This document shows, piece by piece, positions 25,129 to 36,800 of a stretch of 64,000 nt of DNA; within the stretch, counting starts at the first letter, position 1; every line of letters begins with the position of its first letter. Position numbers and translations under genes: made by a program. This DNA is from Takakia lepidozioides (Eukaryota; Plantae; Bryophyta). A model generated the notes under the pieces. The model was not told where the DNA came from. It searched no databases and was given only the letters and a program-made list of their open reading frames with translations. The stretch is from the NCBI GenBank assembly GCA_030704615.1, contig CM060731.1, positions 52,762,001 through 52,826,000 of the forward strand, read 5' to 3'.

Positions 25129-26636
25129 GAGCAGAGCTGGCATGAGTTTTTTAAAGATCCTTCACGATGGTGGGACAACAGCAATCGCAAGGTGTGGCTT
25201 TTTCTTAATGTACGATGTGAAGAAGTTTGTCCATCCTGCAACTATGGGCTCTTGGCTCCTGTTAGTATTATGATTTGGTATTCTTCCTCATGTTTACAAG
25301 GTTCTTGGTAGAATCAGCTTGGTATTAGCAGGCCGTGTTTCAATCTCTGCCTGCTCATGTGCACCGTGGTGGTTCTCACAGACCAATCCGAGATTACCTG
25401 ACTACAGACACAAGCAGCACACACAAGAGGTCCTTTTGGGTTGATGGTCGGTCAAATCCTCCATGGGTCACGACACAAGGTCAAGGACAATGTGGTGAGG
25501 GCACCTTCTTCTTCGACCTATTTCAGCCTGTTTTGCGCTCTCATCAGCCTCGGCCCTGAATTTGCATATTGAATATGGTGTCTGCATCCAAGTTGTAGCC
25601 TTTCATTTGCCATATGTTGCAGTGGATCTGTGGTGGTTTGGAATGACTTTGACAAGTTAGTGCCGATGTGGCAGCAGGAAAGTATCCAAAAACAGGTAAC
25701 AGAGACGAGGAGAAGCTTTGGAATGAACGCTTCTCCGACCGCAGTCAATGGTGGGACAATGGAGACAAAAAGGTGAATGCCTGTTGGAATCAGACGCAAG
25801 TCAGCATAGGAACTAGTGTGATAGGTTGAGTTGGGTGTTTCCTAGAACAAATCTAGGCTGTCATTGTCAGCTGCTAGCAGCAAGGCAAGGATGTATGCAT
25901 GATTTGTGGAGAGGCATGGATATCTGAAGGAGCAGGGATAGAGTGTGGGTCCAGATTCATCCAAGAGGGCCAGATTTCAAGCAGAAGATTACCTATGATT
26001 CCCTGTGGATCAATAGCTACAAGAAACCTGCATGGGTAGATGGTCAACTGGAAGCCGCAGCAGCAGCGGCACAATTGATAAAATCAGGCACCGCTAATGA
26101 AGGCACCTTCTTCAACACATTTCACCCTGTTCTTCCCTCTTATTATAATCGGCCCTAAATTTTCATGTTCAATTCTGCAAGTTAGCTGGTTGAGTGAACT
26201 TTTCATAGTTATACTGCCAATGTGACAACAGGAAAGTATCCAGAAACAGGTAACAGAGACGAGAAGCTGTGGAAAGAATACTTTTCTGACCCCAGTCAAT
26301 GGTGGGACAATCGAGGCAAAAAGGTGAATGCCTGTTGGCTTACAGAGAGTAGCAGATGCAATTCAGCATAGGAACTAGTGTGATAAGCTGAGTTGGGTGT
26401 TTCCTAGAACAAATCTAGGCTGTCATTGTCAGCTGCTAGCAGCAAGGCAAGGATGAATGCATGATTTGTGCAGAGGCATGGATAGCTGAGGGAGCAGGGG
26501 TAGAGTGTGAGTACAGATTCATCCAAGAGGGCCAGATTTCAAGCACAAGATTACCTATGATCCCCTGTGGATCAACAGCTACAAGAAACCTGCATGGGTA
26601 GATGGTCAACTGGAAGCCGCAGCAGCAGCGTCACAA
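25129..26636 (+). CDS. Three tandem two-exon modules encoding OSB-type PDF motifs upstream of the PPR array
   Basis: Module 1: EQSWHEFFKDPSRWWDNSNRK (to 25191) | TNPRLPDYRHK (25382-, frameshift before WVDGRSNPPWV). Module 2: 25678-25772 KLWNERFSDRSQWWDNGDKK | 25955- IHPRGPDFKQKITYDSLW. Module 3: 26232-26323 KLWKEYFSDPSQWWDNRGKK | 26517- IHPRGPDFKHKITYDPLW, in frame with the PPR ORF. Confidence 0.8.
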
Positions 26637-29138
26637 TTGCTAAAATCAGGCACCTCAACCATGACCACAGCTTCTGGAAGAGAATCAAGGGAGGGAGTCC
26701 ACAATGCCTCTTCTGGCACTTCTGGGCATGTGAAAGTGCTTTGTGAGGCAGGCAGACTGAAAGAGGCTCTACAGACTTTAAACCAAGGAGGCATTTCAGC
26801 AGATTCAGAAACGTATGTCTGTTTCTTGCATAAGTGCATCAAGATGAAGGGCCTGGAAGCTGGAAAGCAGGTGCACACTCACATTATCCAAAGTGGATTC
26901 ATGCCAAATGTTTTTCTACTCAACACCCTTGTCAACATGTATGTTAAGTGCGGGAGCATCCTGGATGCTCACCAAGTGTTCAACAGAATGCCTCAACGAT
27001 CTTTGATCACGTGGAATATAATGTTGGCAGGATTTACCAAGCATGGGTGTGGTAGGAATGCTTTGGAGACCTATGAGCAAATGAGGTGCAAATGGGTGAA
27101 GCCCAACCGCATCACGTTTGTTTGTGTTTGCAATGCGTGTGCAAGCCTGGGAGCCCTGGAAAAGGGTAAAGAGGTGCATCGCGACATCGTCAGAGCTGGA
27201 ATCGTACCCGATGTGATCCTGAACAATACCCTCGTGGACATGTATGCCAAATGTGGGAGCATCGAGGATGCAAAGGGAGTGTTCGACAATATGGCTGAAC
27301 GAGATGTGGTGTCGTGGAACGCGATGCTTGCAGGGTATGCACAGCAGGGGCGCGGGATGGAGGCTTTGGAGACGTATGAGCAAATGATTTGCGAAGGGGT
27401 GAAGCCCGACCACATCACGTTTGTGTGTGTTTGCAGTGCGTGTGCAAGCCTGGCAGCCCTGGAAAAGGGCAAAGAGGTGCATGGCGACATTGTCAGAGCT
27501 GGAATCGTACCAGATGTGATCCTGAACAATACCCTCGTGGACATGTATGCCAAATGTGGGAGCATCAAGGATGCAAAGGGAGTGTTCGACAATATGGCTG
27601 AACGGAATGTGGTGTCGTGGAGTGCGATGCTCGCAGGATATGCACAGCAGGGGCGCGGGATGGAGGCTTTGGAGACGTATGAGCAAATGATGTGCGAAGG
27701 GGTGAAGCCCAACCACATCACGTTTGTGTGTGTTTGCCAAGCGTGTGCAATCCTGGCAGCCCTGGAAAAGGGCAAAGAGGTGCATGGCGACATCGTCAGA
27801 GCTGGAATTGTACCAAATGTCATCCTGAACACTGCCCTGGTGGACATGTATGCCAAATGTGGGAGCATCGAGGATGCAAAGGGAGTGTTCGACAATATGG
27901 CTGAACGAGATGTGGTGTCGTGGAACGCGATGGTTGCAGGGTATGCACAGCAGGGGCGCGGGATGGAGGCTTTGGAGACGTATGAGCAAATGATGTGCGA
28001 AGGGGTGAAGCCCAACCACGTCACGTTTGTGTGCGTTTGCAGTGCGTGTGCAAGCCTGGCACTCCTGGAAAAGGGAAAAGAGGTGCATGGCAACATCGTC
28101 AGAGCTGGAATCATACCAGATGTCATCCTGAACAATGCCCTGGTGGACATGTATGCCAAATGTGGGAGTATCGAGCATGCAAAGGGAGTGTTCGACAATA
28201 TGGCTGAACGAAATGTGGTGTCGTGGAGTGCGATGATCGCAGGATATGCACAGCATGGTTGTCATAGGGAGGTCGTGCAACTATTTGAAGGAATGCAAAA
28301 GAACGGCTTGAAGCCAAACAGTATCACCTTTATATGTGTTCTCTCTGCATGCAGCCACACTGGCCTACTGAATGAAGGAAGACGCTACTTCGATTCCCTG
28401 AGTCAAGCTCATGGTGTCACTCCGACAGTAAAGCACTTTGGCTGCATGGTGGACCTTCTTGGACGTGCGGGACAACTGGATGAGGCAGTGGACCTGATTA
28501 ATAAAATGCCCATAAATCCAGATGCTGTGGTGTGGAAGGCCTTGCTTGGTGCCTGCAGAATCCATGGCAATGTGGAGATGGCTGAACGTGCAGCAACATC
28601 TATCCTCAAGTGGGATGAACAGGATGCCGCGACTTATGTGTTGCTCTCAAACATCTATGCTGCAGCTGGCAGGTGGGATGATACTGCAAAGGTGAGAAGA
28701 ATGATGAAGGTCAAAGGGGTTAGAAAGGAGCCAGGTCGCTGCTGCATTGAGGTTGGCAACAGGGTGCACACCTTCGTTGTAGATGACAAGTTGCATCCCA
28801 GAATTAAGGAAATCCATGCTGAGCTGAGAAGATTGTCTGGGCAGATGAAGGAGGCGGGGTATGTGCCTGACACGCGCTTTGTGTTGCATGATGTGGGGGA
28901 GGAGGAAAAGGAATTTTCTCTTTGCCACCACAGTGAGAAGCTGGCCATTGGTTTTGGGCTGATCAGCACGACCCCTAGGACACCTCTCCGCCTCATCAAG
29001 AATCTTCGAGTGTGTGGTGACTGCCACACCTCCACCAAATTCATCTCAAAGATTGTTGGCCGAGCAATTGTTGTACGGGACGCTAACCGCTTTCACCACT
29101 TTGAAGATGGGATTTGTTCTTGTGGGGATTACTGGTGA
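26517..29138 (+). CDS. PLS-class PPR protein with E1-E2-DYW deaminase domain (organellar C-to-U editing factor type); long terminal exon
   Basis: Uninterrupted frame from acceptor 26517 to stop 29138. L-S-P repeats, P2-L2-S2, E1/E2, PG box [25 protein letters not shown], terminal CSCGDYW. Confidence 0.96.
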   Translation: MHPRGPDFKHKITYDPLWINSYKKPAWVDGQLEAAAAASQLLKSGTSTMTTASGRESREGVHNASSGTSGHVKVLCEAGRLKEALQTLNQGGISADSETYVCFLHKCIKMKGLEAGKQVHTHIIQSGFMPNVFLLNTLVNMYVKCGSILDAHQVFNRMPQRSLITWNIMLAGFTKHGCGRNALETYEQMRCKWVKPNRITFVCVCNACASLGALEKGKEVHRDIVRAGIVPDVILNNTLVDMYAKCGSIEDAKGVFDNMAERDVVSWNAMLAGYAQQGRGMEALETYEQMICEGVKPDHITFVCVCSACASLAALEKGKEVHGDIVRAGIVPDVILNNTLVDMYAKCGSIKDAKGVFDNMAERNVVSWSAMLAGYAQQGRGMEALETYEQMMCEGVKPNHITFVCVCQACAILAALEKGKEVHGDIVRAGIVPNVILNTALVDMYAKCGSIEDAKGVFDNMAERDVVSWNAMVAGYAQQGRGMEALETYEQMMCEGVKPNHVTFVCVCSACASLALLEKGKEVHGNIVRAGIIPDVILNNALVDMYAKCGSIEHAKGVFDNMAERNVVSWSAMIAGYAQHGCHREVVQLFEGMQKNGLKPNSITFICVLSACSHTGLLNEGRRYFDSLSQAHGVTPTVKHFGCMVDLLGRAGQLDEAVDLINKMPINPDAVVWKALLGACRIHGNVEMAERAATSILKWDEQDAATYVLLSNIYAAAGRWDDTAKVRRMMKVKGVRKEPGRCCIEVGNRVHTFVVDDKLHPRIKEIHAELRRLSGQMKEAGYVPDTRFVLHDVGEEEKEFSLCHHSEKLAIGFGLISTTPRTPLRLIKNLRVCGDCHTSTKFISKIVGRAIVVRDANRFHHFEDGICSCGDYW
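27108..28256 (+). repeat. Tandem 303-bp (101-aa L-S-P triplet) repeat array, ~4 near-identical units
   Basis: Shadow ORFs recur at 27389, 27692 and 27995 (period 303). The left arm shows the same period (21733, 22036) with 3 units. Confidence 0.95.
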
Positions 29139-30667
29139 AAGGATGTTTTCTTGGAAAGATGCGAGTGTCTTGCTTCATTTATTGATCTGTGTAGCTACTC
29201 AGATCATCCACCACTTCCTGAGAGTATTGACCATGATGTACTGTTGAGTGCATTTCCTGTGGCATATCCACGGGAAATGATAGTGGGGTCTACCAAGCAT
29301 AGGTGGGAAGTTGGCCCATAATTGCACTTGACTGAAGGGGTGATATTGGACTGACTTTGGTGACAGTGGATGGAAATCAGAGTGCTGGCCTAATTCTGGG
29401 TTTGGGTGGTGGAGCTTCTCCAAAGCTTGAAGATGGAAGTGAATACAAATTTTGATGAGCTTGATGAGAGGGGCAGCCCTGTGCACAAGTTTGTTCAGCA
29501 TCTTAAATTTGCACATGTGTGTTTGTTTCTCGTGGTGTGGCTTTGGATGGAGCCCTTGACGAACTTGCATGAATATTCCCAAAAGCTATCCTTACCCCAC
29601 CAAGATCCCGTCCCATGGTGGCTGCTTGAAAGTTCATATAGGGATTGTAAGGGTATTTGGGTATGTTGTGATTGATTGATGCCGCTTGACTCCCTCACAC
29701 TATAACATCGGTTTGTGCATGTTGGAGTTCAAGGTTGGGGGACAGAGGCCACCCACTTCAGAACACAATTGCTACAGTTGGAGACCAGATTTGGGAGCAT
29801 GTATGAAACAACTATGCATAGTTTCATGCAACAATAAGCGATACTGGCAGTGTCCACCGACGCAGGTCTCTATCGCTGGTGTGACTCCCAGTGTTCTCAG
29901 TAACTACTTGAGCTGCCAATCTCAAACAAGCCAAAAAACTCTCCTGAAACCCCCTTCAAGAAAAGTGAGGTCTTTCTCTTGCTTCGAGTAACCGTCCAAC
30001 ATCCCAAAAAACGAAGCTTTTGGTCTGTCATGTTGGTTCAATTAATATCAATAAAGTTACACCCAACTAAGGGATAATTTATGTGAATAATGAGAGGAAG
30101 ATATACTTACTGCTCCTCCTTTGGCTGTGAGGGCACAGTCATGAGAAGGATTTGTAGCGAGCTCTTCAATTGTTGTGCAAATGGTTTGGATTTTCATTTC
30201 CTCGCATGCAAGTTTTGGGAGAAAGTAACCATATAGGAGGAAGTCCCCCAAGTTTGGGTGGGCCCTGTTCAATCTAGAGTGGTCCAGGAATTAAGGTGGT
30301 CCAAGAATTAGAGTGGGGGGCTTATATAATAAGGCCACGTGTATTAAGGAATGAAATGAAGGGGTCCAAAAAAAGAAGGCAAGGTGATACCTATTAAATA
30401 GGGGATGGTTCATGGCGATTTGGGTAGTTAGGTTACAGGTGTTAAGTGGTGGGAGTAGGCCTGAGTAGGGTCTGACATGTGTCCCACCCTTGTAGAAGTT
30501 CCCACCGCCCGGAGAGGGTATATAAAGGAGAGGGGGGCACTCTTCCTACTTATTAACTAACTACTTACTAGTATTAAATTTGTACCTAGGGGCCTGCACA
30601 TGCACGGCCCCAAAAGAAAAGCAAATAAGAACCGTAGTGTATTAATTAATAGAAACAGTGTGAAGCT

Positions 30668-30849
30668 TGATTTCGGCACTAGGGGTTTGTTCCCCTTCCT
30701 CTACGGGGCTTAACCTTATCTGGGGAATGTAGTCGATCGATGGGCCTGGCAAAGAAGACGGAATCTTACTAAGAAGACACCACAGACTCAGACCTCCAAA
30801 ACACTTTCATTCACCCACTCAAGCACACCGTTACACCCAGCGTACGCTC
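30668..30849 (-). repeat. 3' end of the 3' LTR (full LTR extent unresolved)
   Basis: Near-identical to 38091-38272; ends ...TCA on minus strand. Confidence 0.8.
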
Positions 30850-33800
30850 GCGTAAGACCCAAAAAGCCACCACCTCCATTGCCACGGCAGTGAGGTTTAA
30901 ATAGTATTAGGTCATAATCTAATCCTAGTGCCGCGTGGCACTTACATATAGGTCCACCAGATGCCCTTCCAGCACAGCCATAGAAAGAAGCCAGATCACC
31001 CAGTCCCATCCTAATCTAATCCTAAACTAGCTGTTAGAATAAGACAACCCCTAATAAAGCCATCAGCTGTTGCCAGCTCATCCTCATGCGCAAGGTGTAA
31101 GTTCATCCAGATTTCATCCTGGCTCCGTCCATCCCTTAAATCATCCGGAGCGCATCCCTCCTCCATTCATTCATGTCGAAAAGGAAGGTGAGAGGGAATC
31201 CCATCTCCACATATGTGAAGCCTACTGGGGCCACAAGAAACTGCGAGCTCATGCGAGTGATGAGCTTGGGAAGAACAAAAATGAAGCCTAGCCAAAACAA
31301 ACTACACACCCGGCACACAAAGGATGAAAAAACCTAGGGAAGAAAACCTCACCCTGCAAGCTAGGTGAAGGACAAAACATCCCATAGGAAAAACCCCAAG
31401 TACTACAATTGGTGCAGAAAACTAGCACAAAATTCAAACATTATTCTAAAGAAGATGATGTCATGTTTTGTGTGTGAGCTGTCCGAGCTGTGGGGGTGAA
31501 GATCACCTGACGGTTCTCAACATTCAAACAGGTTAGATCAAAAGTAAGAGTGCATGGAACAAGTAGTGAAACATGAATGGAGCTAGCTAAGTGAGGAGTA
31601 GAAGCATGTTGGGGGAGCAAGACATACTGTCTGCCAGGAAGAATATCAGAGATAAGATAAGGGCCATCAATTCTTTATTTGGCCTTGGAAATATACTTAC
31701 CAGGCTGGAGCCTCACACAAACAGACTAGCCTACCTTGAATGACTCAAAATACACAACACGGCGGAATTCTTTGCCTGAGTAGCTTAGGCAAACATAATG
31801 TTAGATTTTGCAGTTTCCCGCAAACTACGTCGTCTAACATCCATGGAAAGCAAAAAGACTTCCCAATTTTCAGGCTCAGTAGCCGAGACCTGCAGCCAGG
31901 AGATATGCAAAGGAATTCTACATTTCCTAACATACAAAAGTTCAAAAGGTTGGATTTTTGTACTGGCATGGATAGAAGTCCTGTAGGCAAATAGTAGAAT
32001 AGGCACAGCAATATCCCATTCATCAATGACTGCCCCATTCTTCTCGAGCATCTGGCATATAATTTTGTTAAATCGTTCTGTCAAACCATTGCATTGGGAA
32101 TTGTGGGGAGCAGTAACGGCATGCTTAGTGCTGAGATTAAACAAGACAATCTCCATAAGTTGGTTGCAGAACTCTGTACCTTGATCCGTGAGGATTTCCA
32201 GAGGGCACCCATGACGAAGAATCACCTTATCAAAGAAGAACTGCACCACCTCATCACTATCCTTAGCAACCAGAGGTTAGAGCTCAACCCATTTTGTTAG
32301 GTAGTCCGTAGCAACCGCAAGGTATGCATGGCCCTTGGACGTGGATTTAAGGGGTCCGACTAGATCTAAGCCAACCCTGACAAATGGTTTAGTCACCGGG
32401 ATTGGCTGTAAAGGTAAGGGAGCTTCGGTTCTAGGTAGGATGGTTTTAGCATGATAGGGCACACACCTTGCAATGAAAGTTGAGACATCTTTAACTAAGC
32501 CTTTCCAGTGATACTGCTCCTGTAATCTCTTGACAGTCTTAGCAACCTCCAAATGGCCAGCATAAGTAGAAGCATGGTATAATTCGAGCAAAGCAGGGAC
32601 AGCAGACCTAGAAGGGACTTCCACAGCAAAGGTACCTTCCAAAGCAGTGACTCTGAACAATCTCCCTTCACTTACCCGGTGGCTGGGTAAGTGATAGTTG
32701 ACTTGCTTCATGAGCAGCTTGGATATGCCACTAAGGTGGGTACCGGTTTTGCACCTATGGAGAAGAGCATCGTGTAATGGATCATCCATGCCTACATCAC
32801 TCATAGCCACACAACAGCAGGTTAGTGTAGGCGTGAAAAAAGTGGCAGCCCCCGTTCTCTTCCTTTCGGAATCCTGACTTCATTTTCAGTTGGCTGCCTA
32901 TGAGGAGGCAAGCAGGATGTAGGGCTCAGCTCAGTCCCTTGGTCAGGAAACAAACCAAGGCAGGCACAAGACAAGATGAACAGTTCTAAGGTAAGGGAAA
33001 GTACCAGACCAATCTACAGGATACCAGACCAGAATTCATGCCAATACCAGGTGAGAGTCAACCAACATCAAACTGAAGAAGATCCCAAGTGTCAAGCAAA
33101 TCTGGAGGAACATAAAGATAGTCCAGCAAATGATATAAGGCATAGGGATCTGAAACAGACACAGCAGGTGATGTAGATCATGCAGCAAGGGAGACTAGAT
33201 CATTTAAGGTAGTGTAAGGTGCAGGGATTTTGGATTCGCCTCGAGTCAAAGCATCAGCATTAACATTATCCTTCCCACGCTTGTAGAAGATGGTAAAGTC
33301 ATAGCCTTGCAGAATGAGAGCCCCTCGAGCTAATCTGCCAGTGAGTTCACGAGGGGTTAGCAAGGCTTTTAAATATAGATGATCAGTTTCAATGGTAAAA
33401 TGACAGCCATGTAAATACTGCCTAAAATATTTGACTCCAAAGATAACTGCAAAGGCCTTCCATGTCAGTGATAGAGTAATTGCGCTCATGTTTATCAAGG
33501 CGGTGAGAGGTGTAGGCGATGACATGTTCATGACCATCTTGAATCTGGCTCAACACAGCAGAGATAGCTACATCACTGGCATCAATTTGCAAGATAAATG
33601 GCAAGGTAAAATCAGGATAAGCAAGCACAGGAACAGAGGTTAGTGCAATTTTGAGCTTCTCAAATGCGGACGTTTCAGCAGTACCCCATACAAAACGAGC
33701 ATCCTTGGATAACAAGCGAGTGAGTGGAGCAGCTAATTTGGCAAACTGAAAAATGAAGCGACGATAATAAGAACCCAAACCTAAGAAGGCTTTAACGCAT

Positions 33801-36800
33801 GTTTTATCCCGAGGGGCTGGATAGTTCCACACGGCTTGGATCTTAGCAAGGTTAGGACTGATGTCAGCAGCAGAAAGTAGATGGCCTAAGAAATGGAGTT
33901 GTTCCATACAAAAATCACACTTCTTGGCTTTAACCTTAAGCTCGGCTGCACGAAGTCTGCACACAACCCGCTATAAATCCAACAGATGAGCATCAAATGT
34001 TGTAGAATAAATGTTGATGTCATCAATGTAAACCAAGGCACACTCCCAACAAAGGTTTCTTAAAACTATATCCATAAGGCGCTGAAATGTAGCAGTGGCG
34101 TTGCAAAGACCAAAAGGCATGGTTTCAAATTAGAAGATGCCCATCTTGCAAGTGAAGGCAGTTTTCTCCTTAGCAGCAGCAGTTCAAGGAACTTGCCAAA
34201 AGTCAGAGGCTAAATCTAAGGAAGAGAAGATAATGGCCCCATTAAGTTGATCTAGCGTTTCATTGATGTGTGACAAAGGGTAATCATCTCTCTTTGTGAT
34301 GGCATTTAAACGCCGAAAATCAACGCAAAAACGAGTTGAGCCATCCTTCTTACCCACCAAGACATTGGGACTGGCCCAAGGGGATATGGAGGGGGTGATA
34401 ACACCAGCATCAAGCATCTTGGTAATCTCTTCCTGAATGACCTTTCGCTCACGAACACTCTCCCTATAAGCATGTTGTTTGATAGGCTTACCCTCTGTGA
34501 CGATGTCATGATCCAGAAGGGTGGTGCGGCCCAAGTCATGAAGCACTTTACTAAAGATGTCGAGATTGTCACGGATAAACTAGTGTAGGCGATTAATCTG
34601 CTGGGAAGCAAGATGATCACCCACCTTGATATCCTTTAAGACTTGCTGAAAATGTTGCTCTGCTTCAGGAGTAAGATTGTCTTTGTCAGTGGAACCAGAA
34701 TGAGAGGCAAACGCCTGGAGTTGGTCCACAGGGGAATCCACCAGCCCAATATCTGCATGAAGACTGAGACATTTCTAAACAGAGGCCAACTCAGACAAAT
34801 GAGAAGCAGTGAGCCTAGCAAGGACTTGACCCCTACGGATACTGATGCTAATGTGTTCAAGGTTAGCAATCAGTAATCTGACCTCGCCCTTGAATCCCCT
34901 GTCTAAAACCCCAGAAGCAACCAGACAGTGCTTTTGGAAGGTAAGTTTTTTCCAGCCCTCAATCTCAAGGAAATGACCTGCAGGGCAAGCAAAAGCTAAG
35001 CCTGTAGGTACTATGCGCTGAGAAAAAGCTGGGATGCTGAAGTCAATAAGAGAACGTAGCAAAAGGGAATTCTTTGCCACAGGCAGGGGAGGTCCAGACT
35101 TCTTACCTGGTGGAGGGAAATGCCATTGGTACAAAGTATCACCAAGTGGTTGGAACTGGCTGAATCTGGCCCAATTATAATGCAAACCCACCTGCTCCTT
35201 CATCTGCTCAGCTTGAAGCTTGAGATGAGAATAGTTGGCCATAGAGGTCCCAGCGGCAATAGTAACGTGGCTTAGACTCACTTTGTAAGGTTGCCCTTCA
35301 CCATTGTGAAGGCACATAAGATTGTTCATGATGTCAATGCTGGCCTCTGCACCTTTCATCCAATCCAGACCCAACAAAACTTGTTCACCCATGGTGACAA
35401 TGCAGGTTAGCAAGACAATTTTCCCACTAATGCGGATAGGTAAGGTGACTAACCCAATGGGTTCATATGCCGTGCCATTTGTTATGGTAACCACAAGGCC
35501 ACGAGCACAGCTAATCTTAAATCCAAGAATGCGAACTGTACTAAGTGGAATGGCAGACATTGTACAGCCAGTATCAATAATACATGGAAAGGAAAGGTGG
35601 CCCACATGACATTGTGTCATCAATGGGTGGATACGGTCCCAACTGACGCACTTATAGGCCTCACAGTGCATGAGTTTGAAATCACGAGAAAGAACAGCAC
35701 TTACCAGCGGGTTGGGGTTCTTACCATGGTCATCTGGCACCCTCACAGACGACTAGGTTCGTTTAAAGTACCCTTCTATTTTTTGTCTCTTGGTAATTGT
35801 TCAATCAGGGTAGGCAAGTTAGATTGGTAAGGGCTCCACCTGGTGTAATGCTTGATGGACTTGCAAATCATGCATGCCGCCACTGAGGTCCTGGTGTCAT
35901 GACGAATGCCAGCATAGGCTTTACCTTGAGGCCCCGATTTGGAAGGGACTGTAGGGTTCCAGCCTACCTCAGCTTTGCAGGCTTGTAGTTCTCCCTGGAT
36001 TTCATTACGAAAAGATGACAACTCATGCACAATGGAAGGGACCAGATCTTCTGCAATACCTTTCACCCCAGGGTCCCCATCAGTAGGCTCAGTGACTCTC
36101 ACTAGCTAGATGAGTGTGTTTCGTGTTGGTAACTTTAGATAGGCCTGCCTTGGCAGCTTTTAGACGTAACCGTTCTTCAATCAATTCCACCATCTCATCT
36201 TCAGTGGTGTAAGTCTGTTTTTGCATAAACACTTTCTCAGCAGGGGGCAAGCCTTTACAAAACAATGTTTCAAAGTAGCAGGTCTCTCTGATGCAATCAA
36301 AACCGACTTACAGATTGCAGTTCACAAAACAGTGTAGTATTTCCACACACTGTCGCCATAATGAAATTTTAAGTCTGGTGTGGTGTAAGCTATGGGCTTT
36401 TCTTCACGAAAGAGCATGCAAGCCAATTCTCTGGCTTCGACCCACGTAAGATCATTTTTGTCCTTAATATTGGACTCAAACAGTTGTCTGGCCTCTCCCT
36501 TGAGACAGATCTGAAAGGACTTGACTTGGAATCGTGGGGGAACTCCATTCATTTCAGTGCTGATTTCAAAAAATTCCAATAAGGACTCAAAATCCTCCCC
36601 TAAGTTGTACTCAAGGTATTGTTGCTTATGCATTCGCTCCCCATGATCAGATTTCCGTGGAGTAATATCCGGAACTTCAGATTGTTTCAGCAACATCTCA
36701 AAAGGGGGGGGGGACAATTTGAAATCACCCCCATGGCTTCACACAACTCGTCCAAATCAAATGTGGGCTGAGGCACAGTCGCCGGATCTTTGTGATCTCC

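Larger units (their letters stand above)
19582..30163. repeat. Large imperfect inverted repeat: arms 19582-24531 and 24978-30163, spacer ~445 bp
   Basis: Outer ends agctcgctacaaatcc / ggatttgtagcgagct; inner ends gaggaacaacgaac / gttcgttgttcctc; mirrored ORF translations throughout (e.g. 19675- vs 29686+, 23877- vs 25335+). Confidence 0.95.

Noticed and set aside
27108-28256. CRISPR-like or non-coding repeat array
   Set aside because: Contiguous coding repeats without spacers, in a eukaryotic gene.
21448-28280. Long antisense and alternate-frame ORFs over the PPR arrays (456, 274, 454, 375 aa)
   Set aside because: Shadow frames kept open by the repeated 303-bp unit; no independent domain.
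28740-29138. DYW:KP (U-to-C) editor
   Set aside because: It has a PG box, HSE and a DYW terminus, consistent with the C-to-U type.
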